Assembly (NCBI GenBank): GCA_003235575.1
Contig: QJVW01000128.1
Coordinates: forward strand, 34,781-98,780
Direction: 5' to 3'
DNA length: 64,000 nt
Source of the DNA: Candidatus Eiseniibacteriota bacterium
Lineage (GTDB): Bacteria > Eisenbacteria > RBG-16-71-46 > SZUA-252
In this document: positions 1-9,580 of the stretch, one piece after another
How the letters are laid out: each line of letters starts with the position of its first letter
How positions within the stretch are numbered: position 1 is the stretch's first letter
Position numbers and translations under genes: made by a program
Notes under the pieces: model-generated
The model's input: the letters and a program-made list of their open reading frames with translations, nothing else
The model's database searches: none
What the model was told of the DNA's origin: nothing

Positions 1-669
1 CGTGATGCGGCCGAACAGGGAACTGAAGAACAGCAAGAACAGAAAGAGTCCGAACAGCGTCGACAGCGGAGCGTTCCGGCGTGACCGGGCGCGCGGCGGC
101 GCGACGCTGCCCGTGATCGTAACGCCGCGCTCGACCGCGATCGCGCCCGCCACCGCGCGGACGCCGGCCAGGAGGCCTTCCCCGTAACGCCCGGCCGCCA
201 GCGAAGGCGCCATGTCGCGGCGGATGATCGCGCCGCAGCGGCCGTCGGGCAGCGGTCCTTCCAGTCCGTAGCCGACCTCGATCCGCACGCGCCGTTCCGC
301 GACCGCGAGCAGCACGAGGACGCCGTCGTCCTTGGACGTTCGTCCGATGCCCCACTGCTCGAAGAGCGCCACGGCGACCGGATCGATGGTCTCCCCGCCC
401 AGGTCGGGGAGCGTGACGACGGCCAGTTCCGCGCCCGTCTTCTGCCGAATTTCGGTTGCGAGCCGGGAGATCGAATCGGCGGACGCCGCGTCCACGACGC
501 CCGCGAAGTCGCTGACGTCACCACGCGGATCCGGGAATGGCCGCTCGACGGCGAGGCCGGCGGCGGGGATCGCCAGGACCAGCCAGGCGGCAAGCGCCAG
601 CCGGCCGATCGTGGCGACGACGGCGCGCGGCGCGCTAGGTCGAGCGATAGTTCGTGAACTGGAGGTCAA
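1..669 (-). CDS. TPM-domain (TLP18.3/Psb32/MOLO-1-like phosphatase-fold) membrane-anchored protein; C-terminus runs off the window start
   Basis: Minus-strand translation gives a signal-like N-terminus (possible TTG start near 669), a TPM-like core (GDVSDFAGVV...LAVVTLPDLGGE...GVLVLLAVAERRVRIEVGYGLEG) and a C-terminal TM segment (LFGLFLFLLFF). Not in the ORF track because no stop lies in the window. Confidence 0.5.
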   Translation of the reverse strand, partial: MTSSSRTIARPSAPRAVVATIGRLALAAWLVLAIPAAGLAVERPFPDPRGDVSDFAGVVDAASADSISRLATEIRQKTGAELAVVTLPDLGGETIDPVAVALFEQWGIGRTSKDDGVLVLLAVAERRVRIEVGYGLEGPLPDGRCGAIIRRDMAPSLAAGRYGEGLLAGVRAVAGAIAVERGVTITGSVAPPRARSRRNAPLSTLFGLFLFLLFFSSLFGRIT

Positions 670-1141
670 TGCCGAAGTCCTGTCCCTTCAAGGATTGGAT
701 GGCCGCCTGCAGGTCGTCGCGCTTCTTTCCCGAGACGCGCACTTGGTCTTCCTGGATCTGCGCCTGGACCCGCAGCCCGGAACCCTTGAGGAACTTCACG
801 ATCTCCTTCGCCTTCTCCGTCGCGATTCCGTTTCGGATCGTCACGATCTGCCGCACGGAACCCCCGGCGGCGGGCTGCACGGCGCCGTAGTCGAGCGCCT
901 TCAGCGAAACGCCCCGCTTCGCCAGCTTGGTCTGGAGGATGTCCGTCACCGACCGCAGCTTGCCCTCATCGTCCGACGCCAGCGTCAGGGACTCCTTCTC
1001 GAGCGTGATGTTGCTCACGCTACCCTTGAAGTCGAAACGCTGGCGGATCTCCTTCATCGCCTGCTGCACGGCATTGGAGACTTCCATCAGACTCACTTCG
1101 GAGACCACGTCGAACGAATTGTCGGCGGCCATGGCGAGCAT
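635..1141 (-). CDS. yajQ: YajQ family (UPF0234/DUF520) nucleotide-binding protein
   Basis: 168 aa. Full-length similarity to YajQ, e.g. FDFKGSVSNITLEKESLTLASDDEGKLRSV...FGIDLQF. Confidence 0.8.
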   Translation of the reverse strand: MLAMAADNSFDVVSEVSLMEVSNAVQQAMKEIRQRFDFKGSVSNITLEKESLTLASDDEGKLRSVTDILQTKLAKRGVSLKALDYGAVQPAAGGSVRQIVTIRNGIATEKAKEIVKFLKGSGLRVQAQIQEDQVRVSGKKRDDLQAAIQSLKGQDFGIDLQFTNYRST

Positions 1142-1311
1142 TCCTCCCGTGAACGGCCCGGCGTTGCGCGCCGAGGAAAAAAGAAACGGGGAGCGTCGCC
1201 GTGCGGCGATCGCTCCCCGTCAGTACGTCGCGCTACTCGGTGCGTGGAGCACGGTTCGAAAACAGTTCGAGTAGCGGTGGCCCGAACCATCGGACCAAAG
1301 ATGTCACCGGC

Positions 1312-1527
1312 TTAGTGCGTTCCCTCCGCCGGGGCCATCGCCGAATCCGGGCTCGCCATGGTGGCGGACGAATCCATCATCATGTCGCTTTCCGGAGTGG
1401 TTTGCTCCATGCCGCCATCGGCACCGCTCTCGGTCGCCGGCATCTCTTCCTTCTGGTTGCAGCCCAGCGCGAAAACCAGCGCGAGCGCGAACACGAAAAC
1501 GAGAGCCAGAGTTAGCAGCTTCTTCAT
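1312..1527 (-). CDS. Small Met-rich lipoprotein
   Basis: Likely start MKKLL, 9 nt after an AAGGGAGGTGA RBS. Signal peptide with lipobox FALGC. Mature part is rich in Met/Asp/Ser (DMMMDSSATMASPDSAM) and ends in His. Confidence 0.5.
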   Translation of the reverse strand: MKKLLTLALVFVFALALVFALGCNQKEEMPATESGADGGMEQTTPESDMMMDSSATMASPDSAMAPAEGTH

Positions 1528-1743
1528 TTTCCTGATCACCTCCCTTCGATCCTATTGTCACGTCCCAAGACAACGTTCGGGTCAACACCCCCACAAAGCA
1601 AAACACCACTGCGAACGCGGTGGTGGTCGAGGTGTGAGCCGTTCGTCGTTCTTCAGCATCGGGAATGCCCTTTCCAGGGAGCCCGGAACGAAATCTCGTC
1701 GGACGGTACGGAGTCCCCCAGGGGGTGTCAAGGTAGATTTTGT

Positions 1744-2889
1744 TTAGAGCGCCGCGAGCGCCCGCTCCAGGTCGGCGCGGAGGTCCTCGATATCCTCGAC
1801 GCCGACGGAAAGCCTTACCAAACCGTCAGTTAGGCCTGCCTTCTCCCGCTCCGCGCGCGGGACCGAGGCGTGGGTCATGGTGGCGGGGTGGCTGATCAGG
1901 CTTTCGACCCCGCCGAGACTCTCGGCCAGGGCGAAGAGCCGGGTGGCCTTGAGGACGCGCGCGCCCGCCTCGATCGACCCGGTATCGAAAGCGATCATGC
2001 CGCCGAAGCCGGAGGCTTGGCTCGCATGGCACGCATGCCCCGGATGGTCCGGCAGTCCCGGGTAGTAGACCTTGGTGAGCTTCGGGTGCTTCGCCAGCCA
2101 CGCCGCGATCGCCCGCGCGTTCGCGTCGTGCCGCTCCATGCGGAGGGAGAGCGTCTTCAGCCCGCGGAGGACGAGCCAGCAGTCGAAGGGCCCGGGAACG
2201 GCGCCCGCGGCGTTCTGCAGGAACTGAAGGCGCTCGGAGATGACGGCGTCGTTCGACACGATCGCGCCGCCGACCATGTCGCTGTGTCCGTTCAGGTACT
2301 TGGTGGTGCTGTGGACGACGAGATGCGCCCCCAGCTCGATCGGCCGCTGGAAGTAGGGCGTCATGAAGGTGTTGTCGACGCAGAGCCAAGCGTCCTTCGC
2401 GCGCGCCAACGTCGCCAGCGCGCGGAGATCCGAGATGATCATCGACGGATTGGTCGGCGTCTCGACGTAGAGAAGCTTCGTCGCCTTGGTCCACGCCGCC
2501 TGCACGGCCTCGAGATCCGACGTGTCCACGTACGTGAACGTGACGCCATAGTGGCGCACGACCTGGTCGAACAAGCGGAAGGTGCCGCCGTACATGTTGT
2601 TCGACGCGACGACATGGTCGCCGGGACGAAGGAGGTACGTGACGTTCGTGATCGCGGCCATCCCCGACCCGAAGGCGAAGCCGCGTTCGCCGCGCTCGAG
2701 GGTGGCGAGGCAGGTCTCGAGCGCGGTGCGCGTCGGATTCTGCGTTCGCGCGTACTCGAACCCCTTGTGCTTGCCCAGCTCCTGCTGCACGTAGGTGGAC
2801 GTCTGGAAGATCGGCGTGGTCACCGCGCCGGTCGTCGGATCCGGGTCCTGCCCCGCGTGAATGGCGTCGGTCGAGAAGCCCATGATCAC
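1744..2889 (-). CDS. Cystathionine gamma-lyase/gamma-synthase family PLP enzyme (Cys/Met metabolism)
   Basis: 381 aa, full-length MetB/MetC/MccB-type PLP fold (DNTFMTPYFQRP...HSTTKYLNGHSDMVGG). Adjacent to a CBS gene, which suggests reverse transsulfuration. Confidence 0.8.
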   Translation of the reverse strand: MIMGFSTDAIHAGQDPDPTTGAVTTPIFQTSTYVQQELGKHKGFEYARTQNPTRTALETCLATLERGERGFAFGSGMAAITNVTYLLRPGDHVVASNNMYGGTFRLFDQVVRHYGVTFTYVDTSDLEAVQAAWTKATKLLYVETPTNPSMIISDLRALATLARAKDAWLCVDNTFMTPYFQRPIELGAHLVVHSTTKYLNGHSDMVGGAIVSNDAVISERLQFLQNAAGAVPGPFDCWLVLRGLKTLSLRMERHDANARAIAAWLAKHPKLTKVYYPGLPDHPGHACHASQASGFGGMIAFDTGSIEAGARVLKATRLFALAESLGGVESLISHPATMTHASVPRAEREKAGLTDGLVRLSVGVEDIEDLRADLERALAAL

Positions 2890-4358
2890 GGCGCCAGATA
2901 TTCGAGGAGGTCGAATCGCGTCACGATGCCGATCGGTTTCCCCTGGGAGTCGGTCGCCAGCGCCGCGTTGCTCGTGGCCAGCCGTTGCAGCACCTGCGGC
3001 AGGGTCGCGTCGAGCGAGACGGTGGGGAGCGTCTTCTCCAGGAAGTACTCGACGCGCGCGTCCTCGGCGGCCGAGCCGTCGATCACCTTCTGGAAGAGCG
3101 CGCCTTCCGTCACGGCGCCGACAACGCCTCCGTCCTTCAGCACGGGTAGCTGCGAGATGTTGAATTCACGGATCAACGCGAGCGCGCGCGTGACCGGCTC
3201 GTCGTACGCGACCGACACGAGCGCCGGCACGTGGCTTCCCTTGCCCCGAAGCACTTCGCCGACCGTGATCATTCCCGAGTCGAGGAGCCGGTTGTCGCGC
3301 ATCCACTCGTCGCTGTGCACCTTCGAGAGGTACCGCTCCCCCGTGTCCGGGATCAGGACCACGACCAGTTCATCCTCCTTGGCCCGCCGCGCGACCTGCA
3401 GCGCGGCGAAGAGGGCCGTCCCCGCCGAGCCGCCTGCGAGAATCCCCTCCTCGCGGGCCAGACGTCGCGCGAGGTTCAGCGACTGCGCGTCGGTGACCGA
3501 GATGACTTCGTCCACGACCGAGAAGTCGTACACCGACGGGATGAAGTCCTCGCCGATTCCCTCCACCTTGTAGGACTTCGCGGGCACCATCTTCTTCGTG
3601 TAGAAGTAGTCCTTGAGGATCGATCCGACGGGGTCCGCGCCGATGATCTTGACGTTCGGATTCTTCGACTTGAGATAGCGCGCGGTGCCGGTGATCGTTC
3701 CCCCGGTGCCCATCCCGGCCACGAAGTAGCCCACCTTCCCCGCCGTCTGACGCCAGATCTCCGGGCCCGTGCTGCGGACGTGGGCCTCCGGGTTCGTGGG
3801 GTTGTGATACTGGTTCGCCAGGTACGCACCCGGGATCTCGCGCGCCAGGCGTTTCGAGACCTCGTAGTACGACTCCGGCGAGTCGGGTGGCACGGCCGTC
3901 GGCGTGATGATGACCTCGGCGCCGAACGACTTCAGGAGATTCACCTTCTCGACGCTCACCTTGTCGGGCATGACCAAAATGGCGCGGTAGCCTTTCACCG
4001 CGGCCACCATCGCCAGACCGGTCCCGGTGTTCCCCGAGGTCGCCTCCACGATGGTGCCGCCCGGCTTGAGGAGGCCCTTCGCTTCGGCCTCGGCGACGAT
4101 CGCGACGGCGACGCGGTCCTTCACGGATCCGCCCGGATTGAAGTACTCGACCTTCGCGAGCACCGTCGCCTTGCAATCGCGCGTCAGTCGGTTGAGTCGG
4201 ACGAGCGGCGTGTCGCCGATGGTCTCGAGAATGTCGTCGTGCCATGTGGGTTCGGCCGGCGCACCGGCGGCGCGCGTGGCGGCCGGGGCCGTACTGCCGG
4301 TCGTGCGGTTCACGGAGGATCTCGCAGTTGAGGGTGGATCGTCGGGTTCGTCCCTCAA
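2886..4358 (-). CDS. Cystathionine beta-synthase (cysteine-synthase PLP domain plus C-terminal CBS/Bateman pair)
   Basis: 490 aa. PLP fold II motifs (GSVKDR, SGNTGTGLA) followed by tandem CBS domains. 4-nt overlap with the downstream gamma-lyase gene. Confidence 0.75.
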   Translation of the reverse strand: MRDEPDDPPSTARSSVNRTTGSTAPAATRAAGAPAEPTWHDDILETIGDTPLVRLNRLTRDCKATVLAKVEYFNPGGSVKDRVAVAIVAEAEAKGLLKPGGTIVEATSGNTGTGLAMVAAVKGYRAILVMPDKVSVEKVNLLKSFGAEVIITPTAVPPDSPESYYEVSKRLAREIPGAYLANQYHNPTNPEAHVRSTGPEIWRQTAGKVGYFVAGMGTGGTITGTARYLKSKNPNVKIIGADPVGSILKDYFYTKKMVPAKSYKVEGIGEDFIPSVYDFSVVDEVISVTDAQSLNLARRLAREEGILAGGSAGTALFAALQVARRAKEDELVVVLIPDTGERYLSKVHSDEWMRDNRLLDSGMITVGEVLRGKGSHVPALVSVAYDEPVTRALALIREFNISQLPVLKDGGVVGAVTEGALFQKVIDGSAAEDARVEYFLEKTLPTVSLDATLPQVLQRLATSNAALATDSQGKPIGIVTRFDLLEYLAP

Positions 4359-4419
4359 CGCTACGGCCCCGGGCGGGGCCGGTCAAGATGGGACTTCGCG
4401 CCGCGCGGGCGCGGAGAGA

Positions 4420-4818
4420 TTACGCCGAAGGCGACGCCGCCTTCAGCAGCGCCTCGATGTGGGCCAGGATCTCGCTGAATTCGTACGGCTTCGTGATGAA
4501 GCGATTGGCGCCCATCTGGATCGCGAGCGCCTGATCCCCTTCCTGCGTCCTCGCCGAAAGGATGATGATCGGAATGTGCCGGTACCGCTCGTCGAACTTG
4601 AGAAGCCGGCACACCTTGTACCCGTCCAGTTTCGGAAGCATGAGATCGAGGAGGATGATGTCCGGCCGCGATTCGCGGGCCATCTTCAGTCCTTCCTGTC
4701 CGTCGGTCGCGATCTCCACCTGATACCCGGCGGCGCGAAGCCCGAACTCGAGGATCCGGGTGAGGTCCGGCTCATCGTCGACCACCAGGACGCGTCCGCG
4801 GGATGTCTCGGGGCTCAT
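4420..4818 (-). CDS. Single-domain CheY-like response regulator
   Basis: 132 aa receiver domain (VLVVDDEP...DIILLDLMLPKLDG...KP). Lies at the end of the pilus locus. Confidence 0.7.
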   Translation of the reverse strand: MSPETSRGRVLVVDDEPDLTRILEFGLRAAGYQVEIATDGQEGLKMARESRPDIILLDLMLPKLDGYKVCRLLKFDERYRHIPIIILSARTQEGDQALAIQMGANRFITKPYEFSEILAHIEALLKAASPSA

Positions 4819-4886
4819 GAACGTACCTCCTTAGAAACCGTGTCGATGCGGCGTTGTCATCACGATCAGGTCCAACGTACGGCTCG

Positions 4887-5192
4887 TCATGGCGTGATGC
4901 TCGAAGCGCGCTCCGGGACGCGCGTCGTCGCGTTGCCGGCGCGCCCGCGCCACTGGAACGGATCCCCGCCCCACCCGTCCGGCGTCGGCGTCGCGTTGCC
5001 GGCGCGCGACGGCGAGGCGGGCTCCGCGGCGACCGACGGCGCCGGGGCGCCGGACGCCCCCTCGGCGCGCAGACGGCGCGTCGTGCCGTCGAGCGCGTAG
5101 ACGCCGAGGAGCACGACGAGCAGAACCCCCACGAGGGCGTACGCCCGCGGATTCATCCCCTCCCGAATCTGCCTCGTCCACCACCGCATCAC
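4887..5192 (-). CDS. Small bitopic membrane protein of unknown function, possibly a PilP-position analogue
   Basis: About 90-100 aa with one N-terminal TM helix and a Pro/Ala-rich periplasmic tail. Sits directly downstream of pilO, where pilP normally lies, but no clear homology. Confidence 0.3.
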   Translation of the reverse strand: MMRWWTRQIREGMNPRAYALVGVLLVVLLGVYALDGTTRRLRAEGASGAPAPSVAAEPASPSRAGNATPTPDGWGGDPFQWRGRAGNATTRVPERASSITP

Positions 5193-5198
5193 GGCCTC

Positions 5199-5774
5199 CT
5201 AGGGCGTCCCATAGACCCAGAGGGTCACGTCCGCGACCAACCGGGGCGCCACGGACGCCTCCTGCCGGAGCGCCACCGAACGCACGACGACGAGTTGCTC
5301 CATCGACTCCACGTCCGCCAGGTACTCGCCGATGTCGCGGTACCGCGCTTCCAGGCGAAGCCGCAGCTCCGCCCGTTGGTACGCCACGATCGCGCCCGAG
5401 GCGTCCGTCACCGCCTCGTCCACCGGTTTCCCGATGGGCTGAATCAGGGTCATGCGCGTCCCGTGCGCGGCGCCGATCCCGGCGAGCGCGTCGAGCAGCG
5501 AGGTCACCATGGTTCCCGCCGGCGCCACGTGTCGCGCACGGACGCCGACCCCGTCCTCGCCGCGATCCCCCCGCTTCCAGCGATCCATCTGCTGGATTCC
5601 TGCGTGGAGCTCCGCGACGTCGGCGTTGAGCCGTTGCTCCTCCTCCCGCAGCGTCCGTCGCTCCGCCTCGCGCGGCTTGACCCACGCGACGTGCGTGACG
5701 CCGAGCGCGACCAGGAGGCCCACCAGGATGAGACCGTGGCCACGCCACGCGGAACGCAGGAACGCGAGGCTCAC
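5199..5774 (-). CDS. pilO: Type IV pilus assembly protein PilO-like
   Basis: 191 aa. N-terminal TM helix, coiled-coil segment and C-terminal periplasmic domain. Lies immediately after the pilM-pilN fusion with an ATGA overlap. Confidence 0.55.
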   Translation of the reverse strand: MSLAFLRSAWRGHGLILVGLLVALGVTHVAWVKPREAERRTLREEEQRLNADVAELHAGIQQMDRWKRGDRGEDGVGVRARHVAPAGTMVTSLLDALAGIGAAHGTRMTLIQPIGKPVDEAVTDASGAIVAYQRAELRLRLEARYRDIGEYLADVESMEQLVVVRSVALRQEASVAPRLVADVTLWVYGTP

Positions 5775-7537
5775 GAGCCGGATCCCTCCGCCAGGCGCGC
5801 CGTGACCGTGAAGGCGCTGAGCGTCGGCGACACGCGCTCGCAGCGCTCGAGCCGGATTCCATCGAACACGGGCGAGAACGCGAGCGAGCGGAGCAGGTCC
5901 GCCAGCACGCGCTCCGGCGACGCGGTCCGCGTGTTCAGGAGCCCCGACAGTCGGACGGCGCGCGCCTCCGGCACCGCCGGCGCGTCCGTCGAGACCGCGG
6001 AAGGCTCCAGGACCTGGAGCGCCGTCAAGCGCACGTCAGGACCCACGCGATGGCTGAGGTCTCGGAGCGCGGTGGACCAAACCACCTGACTCCCGGTGAG
6101 CCGGGTCAGGAGCCCGCGCAGACGCTCTTCCTCCGCGCGCGCGTTTCGGAACTGCGCCACGGCGTCCCGTTGGGCCGCGTAGCGGTTCAGCTCCGCCTGC
6201 AAGCCGGCCACCCGCGCCCGGGAGCGGGCGACGTCGATCTCCGTCGGCGCGGCGATCGAAAGGAGCAGCATCACGGCCGCCGCCGCCACCGCCGGAGCGG
6301 GTACGGCATCCGCCATCCAGCCGACGGCGCTTCCGACTCCCGTTCCCGCGAGGAAATTGAGCGTCCCACGCCCCACCGACGCCATGGCCGCGCCCGAATC
6401 CGCCATCCCGTCGGCGATGGCGGGCTCGGCCGCGGCGCGTTCTCTCCCCCCCTCCGTATCGGCCACCGTGACCGGCATCTTGAGAACCCCGGCCAGGTAC
6501 GTCGCCAGGTTGGGTGTGCGGCGCCCGTCGCCCAGCAGCACCACTCGGGAGACCGCGTCGCCGAGAAACTGCTCGTTGCAGTAGTCGAAGGAATTCCAGA
6601 GCTCGCGGACGAGCCGCTCGAGCGCGGGCCGTAGCATGATCGAGACCGCGGCCAGCGGCACGTCGTCGACGAATGTCGCCTCCTCGGGTCCGAGGGGAAT
6701 TCCGTGCCGGCGTAGGAGCGCCTCGGCCGCTTCCGGCGATCGCTCGAGCGTTCCCACGCCGGGGACGACGATCTGCCGCAGGGAGGAGGCCAAGGTCGAG
6801 GCTCCGAAGGCGAGATCGCGGGAGAATCGGATGTCCTCGCCCTTCAGCACCAGGATCTGGCTCGCATCCTTGCCGACGTCGAGGTAGGCGACCACCTCCC
6901 CCGGCGAGAGGGCGCCGCGCCGCGCGAGGTCCGCGCGAAGCCCGGCGGCCGCGATGGTGATCGACCAGGGACGGAGACCCGCGGCGGTCAACAGCGAACG
7001 CCACTGGTCCACGCGGCGCCGGGGCGCGATCGCGACGACGACGGGTAGCTCCGCGGGCGGCGCGGCCGCGCCCTCGAGCGTCTCGTGGCGAATCACGGCT
7101 TCGGCGAGCGGGTAGGTGACCTGTTTGCGGCATTCCAATTCCAGCGCCGACGTCAGGTCCGCGGGCCGCAACCGCGGCATCGTCAGCCGCCGAACGATCA
7201 CGTCGGGGCCACCCAGCACGGCGACGGCGGGTCGGCCGCGCGCCCCGAGCTCCGCGACGATGGCGGTGAGCGCCGCCTGCTCCCGCGCCGGCCGCTCGGA
7301 CGAGCCGAGGTCGACGGGAATCGTGCGCGAGGCCGCCACGACGCGCACCGCGGAGCCGTTTCGCGTCACGCGCGTCGCGCGAAGCCGTTGCTCGCTCCCC
7401 TCGACCACGACGAGGTCGCTGGGAGGCATCGCGACGGCGCGCCTCCAGCGCTCGAGGACGCGCGCCACGACGGGTGAAGGGGAGCGTTTTCCCCCCGCCA
7501 CGCGGGACAGCAGATCCTTCAGCGCCGGTCCTTCCAT
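5771..7537 (-). CDS. pilMN: PilM (actin-like ATPase) fused to PilN
   Basis: Start MEGPALK chosen 16 nt downstream of the pilX-NHL stop. The N-terminal ~390 aa are PilM/FtsA-like. This is followed by a TM helix (AVAAAAVMLLLSIAAP), a coiled coil and a PilN-like periplasmic domain. Confidence 0.65.
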   Translation of the reverse strand: MEGPALKDLLSRVAGGKRSPSPVVARVLERWRRAVAMPPSDLVVVEGSEQRLRATRVTRNGSAVRVVAASRTIPVDLGSSERPAREQAALTAIVAELGARGRPAVAVLGGPDVIVRRLTMPRLRPADLTSALELECRKQVTYPLAEAVIRHETLEGAAAPPAELPVVVAIAPRRRVDQWRSLLTAAGLRPWSITIAAAGLRADLARRGALSPGEVVAYLDVGKDASQILVLKGEDIRFSRDLAFGASTLASSLRQIVVPGVGTLERSPEAAEALLRRHGIPLGPEEATFVDDVPLAAVSIMLRPALERLVRELWNSFDYCNEQFLGDAVSRVVLLGDGRRTPNLATYLAGVLKMPVTVADTEGGRERAAAEPAIADGMADSGAAMASVGRGTLNFLAGTGVGSAVGWMADAVPAPAVAAAAVMLLLSIAAPTEIDVARSRARVAGLQAELNRYAAQRDAVAQFRNARAEEERLRGLLTRLTGSQVVWSTALRDLSHRVGPDVRLTALQVLEPSAVSTDAPAVPEARAVRLSGLLNTRTASPERVLADLLRSLAFSPVFDGIRLERCERVSPTLSAFTVTARLAEGSGS

Positions 7538-7553
7538 GGATGTCCTTTCCGCG

Positions 7554-9059
7554 CTAGGAGCGCGACTCCGTCCACCCGACGACGGATAGCCCGCCGCCGG
7601 CAACGCGTACGCGCCGATTCACCGTGTCGGCGATGTAGAGCAAGCCGGTCGGGCCGACGGCGACCCCGGACGGCGCGGCCAGCCGCGCCCTCCGCGGCGG
7701 CCCTCCGTCGCCGTCGAAGCCGGCGACACCGGTGCCCGCGACGGTCGTGATGGCGCCCCCGACGGTGAACGATCGAACGGCGTGATTGCCTGTGTCCGCG
7801 ACGTAGACGTCCCCGGTGGCCCGAACGGTCACGGACACCGGCGCCTTCAGCGTCGCCGCCGCGGCGGCGCCGCCGTCGCCGGAATATCCGGCTGAGCCCG
7901 TGCCGGCTACCGTGGCGATCACCCCGCTTGCCGCCTCCACGCGACGGACCACGTGATTGGAAGTATCGGCAATGTAAACATCGCCATTAGAGGCGATTTC
8001 GACGCCCCGGGGGCCCCTCAGCCTGGCGGCGCCGGCGGATCCCCCGTCGCCGGAGAAGCCGGCGGCGCCGGTTCCGGCGACCGTGGTGATGATCCCGGTG
8101 TCGGCGCTGACCTTTCGGATCTTGTTGTTGCTCGTATCGGCGATGTAGAGGTCGCCGTTCGCGGCCAGCGATACCCCGCTCGGGTGCTTCAGTCGAGCGG
8201 ACGTGGCGGGGCCTCCGTCTCCCGACGATCCCGGCGATCCCGTTCCCGCGATCGTCGTGATGAGACCCGTCGCGTGGGCGACCCTGCGGATCGCGTGGTT
8301 CATCGTGTCGGCGATGTAGAGGTCGCCGTCGGGCGCCACCGCGACGTCCTCCGGGAATTGCAGCCGGGCCGACGTGGCGGGCGCTCCGTCCCCGGTGCGG
8401 CCCGGGCTCCCCGTGCCGGCGACGGTGACGATCTCGAGGGTGGCGGCATCGACACGCCGGATCGCGTGGTTGTCGGTGTCGGCGACGTAGAGCGAACCGT
8501 CCGGCCCGACGGCGACCCCCGCGGCGTTCGAGAGCGTCGCGGCCGTCGCCGGTCCACCGTCGCCCTCGTACCCGGAGCGGCCCGTCCCGACCTGGGTGGA
8601 CATCCCCGCGGTGGAGACCCGCACCTGAACGACCCGCTCGGCCCCACCGGATCGCCCGGTGGACACGATGCGCCTTTGGCCCGGCGGGAGTGGGCGGCCG
8701 GCCTCGTCCAAGGAGTCCGGAGCCGCGATCCAGAACGACGCCTTGCCGACGTTCTTGCCGGGCAGCGGCAATCCGCCCCACGAAGGCGTCCCCGAGAGTT
8801 TTACGATCGCGTACTCGACGCCGGCCTGCGCGGCGTAGAACGCGCGGTTCGAATCCAGGTGGTGGACGGAGAGACCCGCGTTCTCGGAAACCATCGCCGC
8901 GAGCGACAGGCCGAGAATCAGGAGGACCACGATCGTCGCGGTCACGACGACGACCGAAAATCCGGCGTCGGGGCGGGGCGCGGCCGCGGGCGCGAGCGGT
9001 AGCCGTGGCGATGGCGCGAGGCGCACCCGACGATCGAGCGTGGTGCGTGGACGACTCAT
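7554..9059 (-). CDS. PilX-like minor pilin N-domain fused to a six-bladed NHL-repeat beta-propeller
   Basis: The N-terminus (GFSVVVVTATIVVLLILGLSLAAMVSENAGL...RAFYAAQAGVEYAI) resembles the PilX_N fold. Six repeats of YxADTxNHxIRRV...ITTVAGTGxxGxSGDGGxAxxAxL follow. Lies last in the fimT-pilV-pilW-pilX order. Confidence 0.6.
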   Translation of the reverse strand: MSRPRTTLDRRVRLAPSPRLPLAPAAAPRPDAGFSVVVVTATIVVLLILGLSLAAMVSENAGLSVHHLDSNRAFYAAQAGVEYAIVKLSGTPSWGGLPLPGKNVGKASFWIAAPDSLDEAGRPLPPGQRRIVSTGRSGGAERVVQVRVSTAGMSTQVGTGRSGYEGDGGPATAATLSNAAGVAVGPDGSLYVADTDNHAIRRVDAATLEIVTVAGTGSPGRTGDGAPATSARLQFPEDVAVAPDGDLYIADTMNHAIRRVAHATGLITTIAGTGSPGSSGDGGPATSARLKHPSGVSLAANGDLYIADTSNNKIRKVSADTGIITTVAGTGAAGFSGDGGSAGAARLRGPRGVEIASNGDVYIADTSNHVVRRVEAASGVIATVAGTGSAGYSGDGGAAAAATLKAPVSVTVRATGDVYVADTGNHAVRSFTVGGAITTVAGTGVAGFDGDGGPPRRARLAAPSGVAVGPTGLLYIADTVNRRVRVAGGGLSVVGWTESRS

Positions 9060-9580
9060 AGCGACCTCAAGGCGGCGGCGCCCATCACGGAAACGCGCTG
9101 GCGGTCGCGACCGAGGCGAAGGTAGACGGTGACCCTGCGAATATCGGTCGCGGCCGGCGACAGAATCGGAACCGCCGCGCTCCCGTCGTCTCGCCAGTAG
9201 GCGAACGCCAGCGAATCCACGCCGGACGCGAGGGGGTTCGCGACTCCGCCGCGGGCGTACAGGAGATCGGCGCCGGGGGTGCCGTTCCAGGAGAGCCGGA
9301 CGACGACGGAATCCTGGTCGACGAACGTCACGGCGCCGGGGCGGGCCTCGGTCACGCTCGTCGCGTCGCGAACGCGCCGCAGTTCCCGCGTCATCCGCTC
9401 CTCGGCGTACCGGGCTTCCTGGAGAAGGGCTGCTTCGACGTCGACGTAGCGGTAGGCGCCGACGGCCTCGCGAAACACGCCGGCGAGCGCGAGCCCGGCG
9501 ACGGAGACGACGACGATGACGATCGTCAGTTCCACGAGCGTGAAGCCGGAGGCGAGGCCGATGGCGGACGGGCGGCTCAT
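9056..9580 (-). CDS. Prepilin-type minor pilin, PilW/GspJ-like
   Basis: Class III leader: ...ASGFTLVELTIVIVVV (G|F, E5). About 175 aa. Third gene of the minor-pilin block. Confidence 0.6.
   Translation of the reverse strand: MSRPSAIGLASGFTLVELTIVIVVVSVAGLALAGVFREAVGAYRYVDVEAALLQEARYAEERMTRELRRVRDATSVTEARPGAVTFVDQDSVVVRLSWNGTPGADLLYARGGVANPLASGVDSLAFAYWRDDGSAAVPILSPAATDIRRVTVYLRLGRDRQRVSVMGAAALRSL

Noticed and set aside
332-1315. 327-aa plus-strand ORF
   Set aside because: Antisense to yajQ, low-complexity Arg/Ala composition, no motifs. Typical high-GC shadow ORF.
1540-1743. Possible riboswitch or structured leader between the gamma-lyase stop and the lipoprotein start
   Set aside because: It contains TTGACA/TTGACC-like hexamers and a C6-T-G5 palindrome, but no recognisable riboswitch consensus (SAM, T-box). 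More likely just the promoter/RBS region of the lipoprotein gene.
1870-4386. Long plus- and minus-strand ORFs (567 aa, 366 aa, 338 aa) overlapping the gamma-lyase/CBS genes
   Set aside because: Shadow or alternative frames of two well-supported PLP enzymes. Arg/Gly/Pro-rich with no domains.
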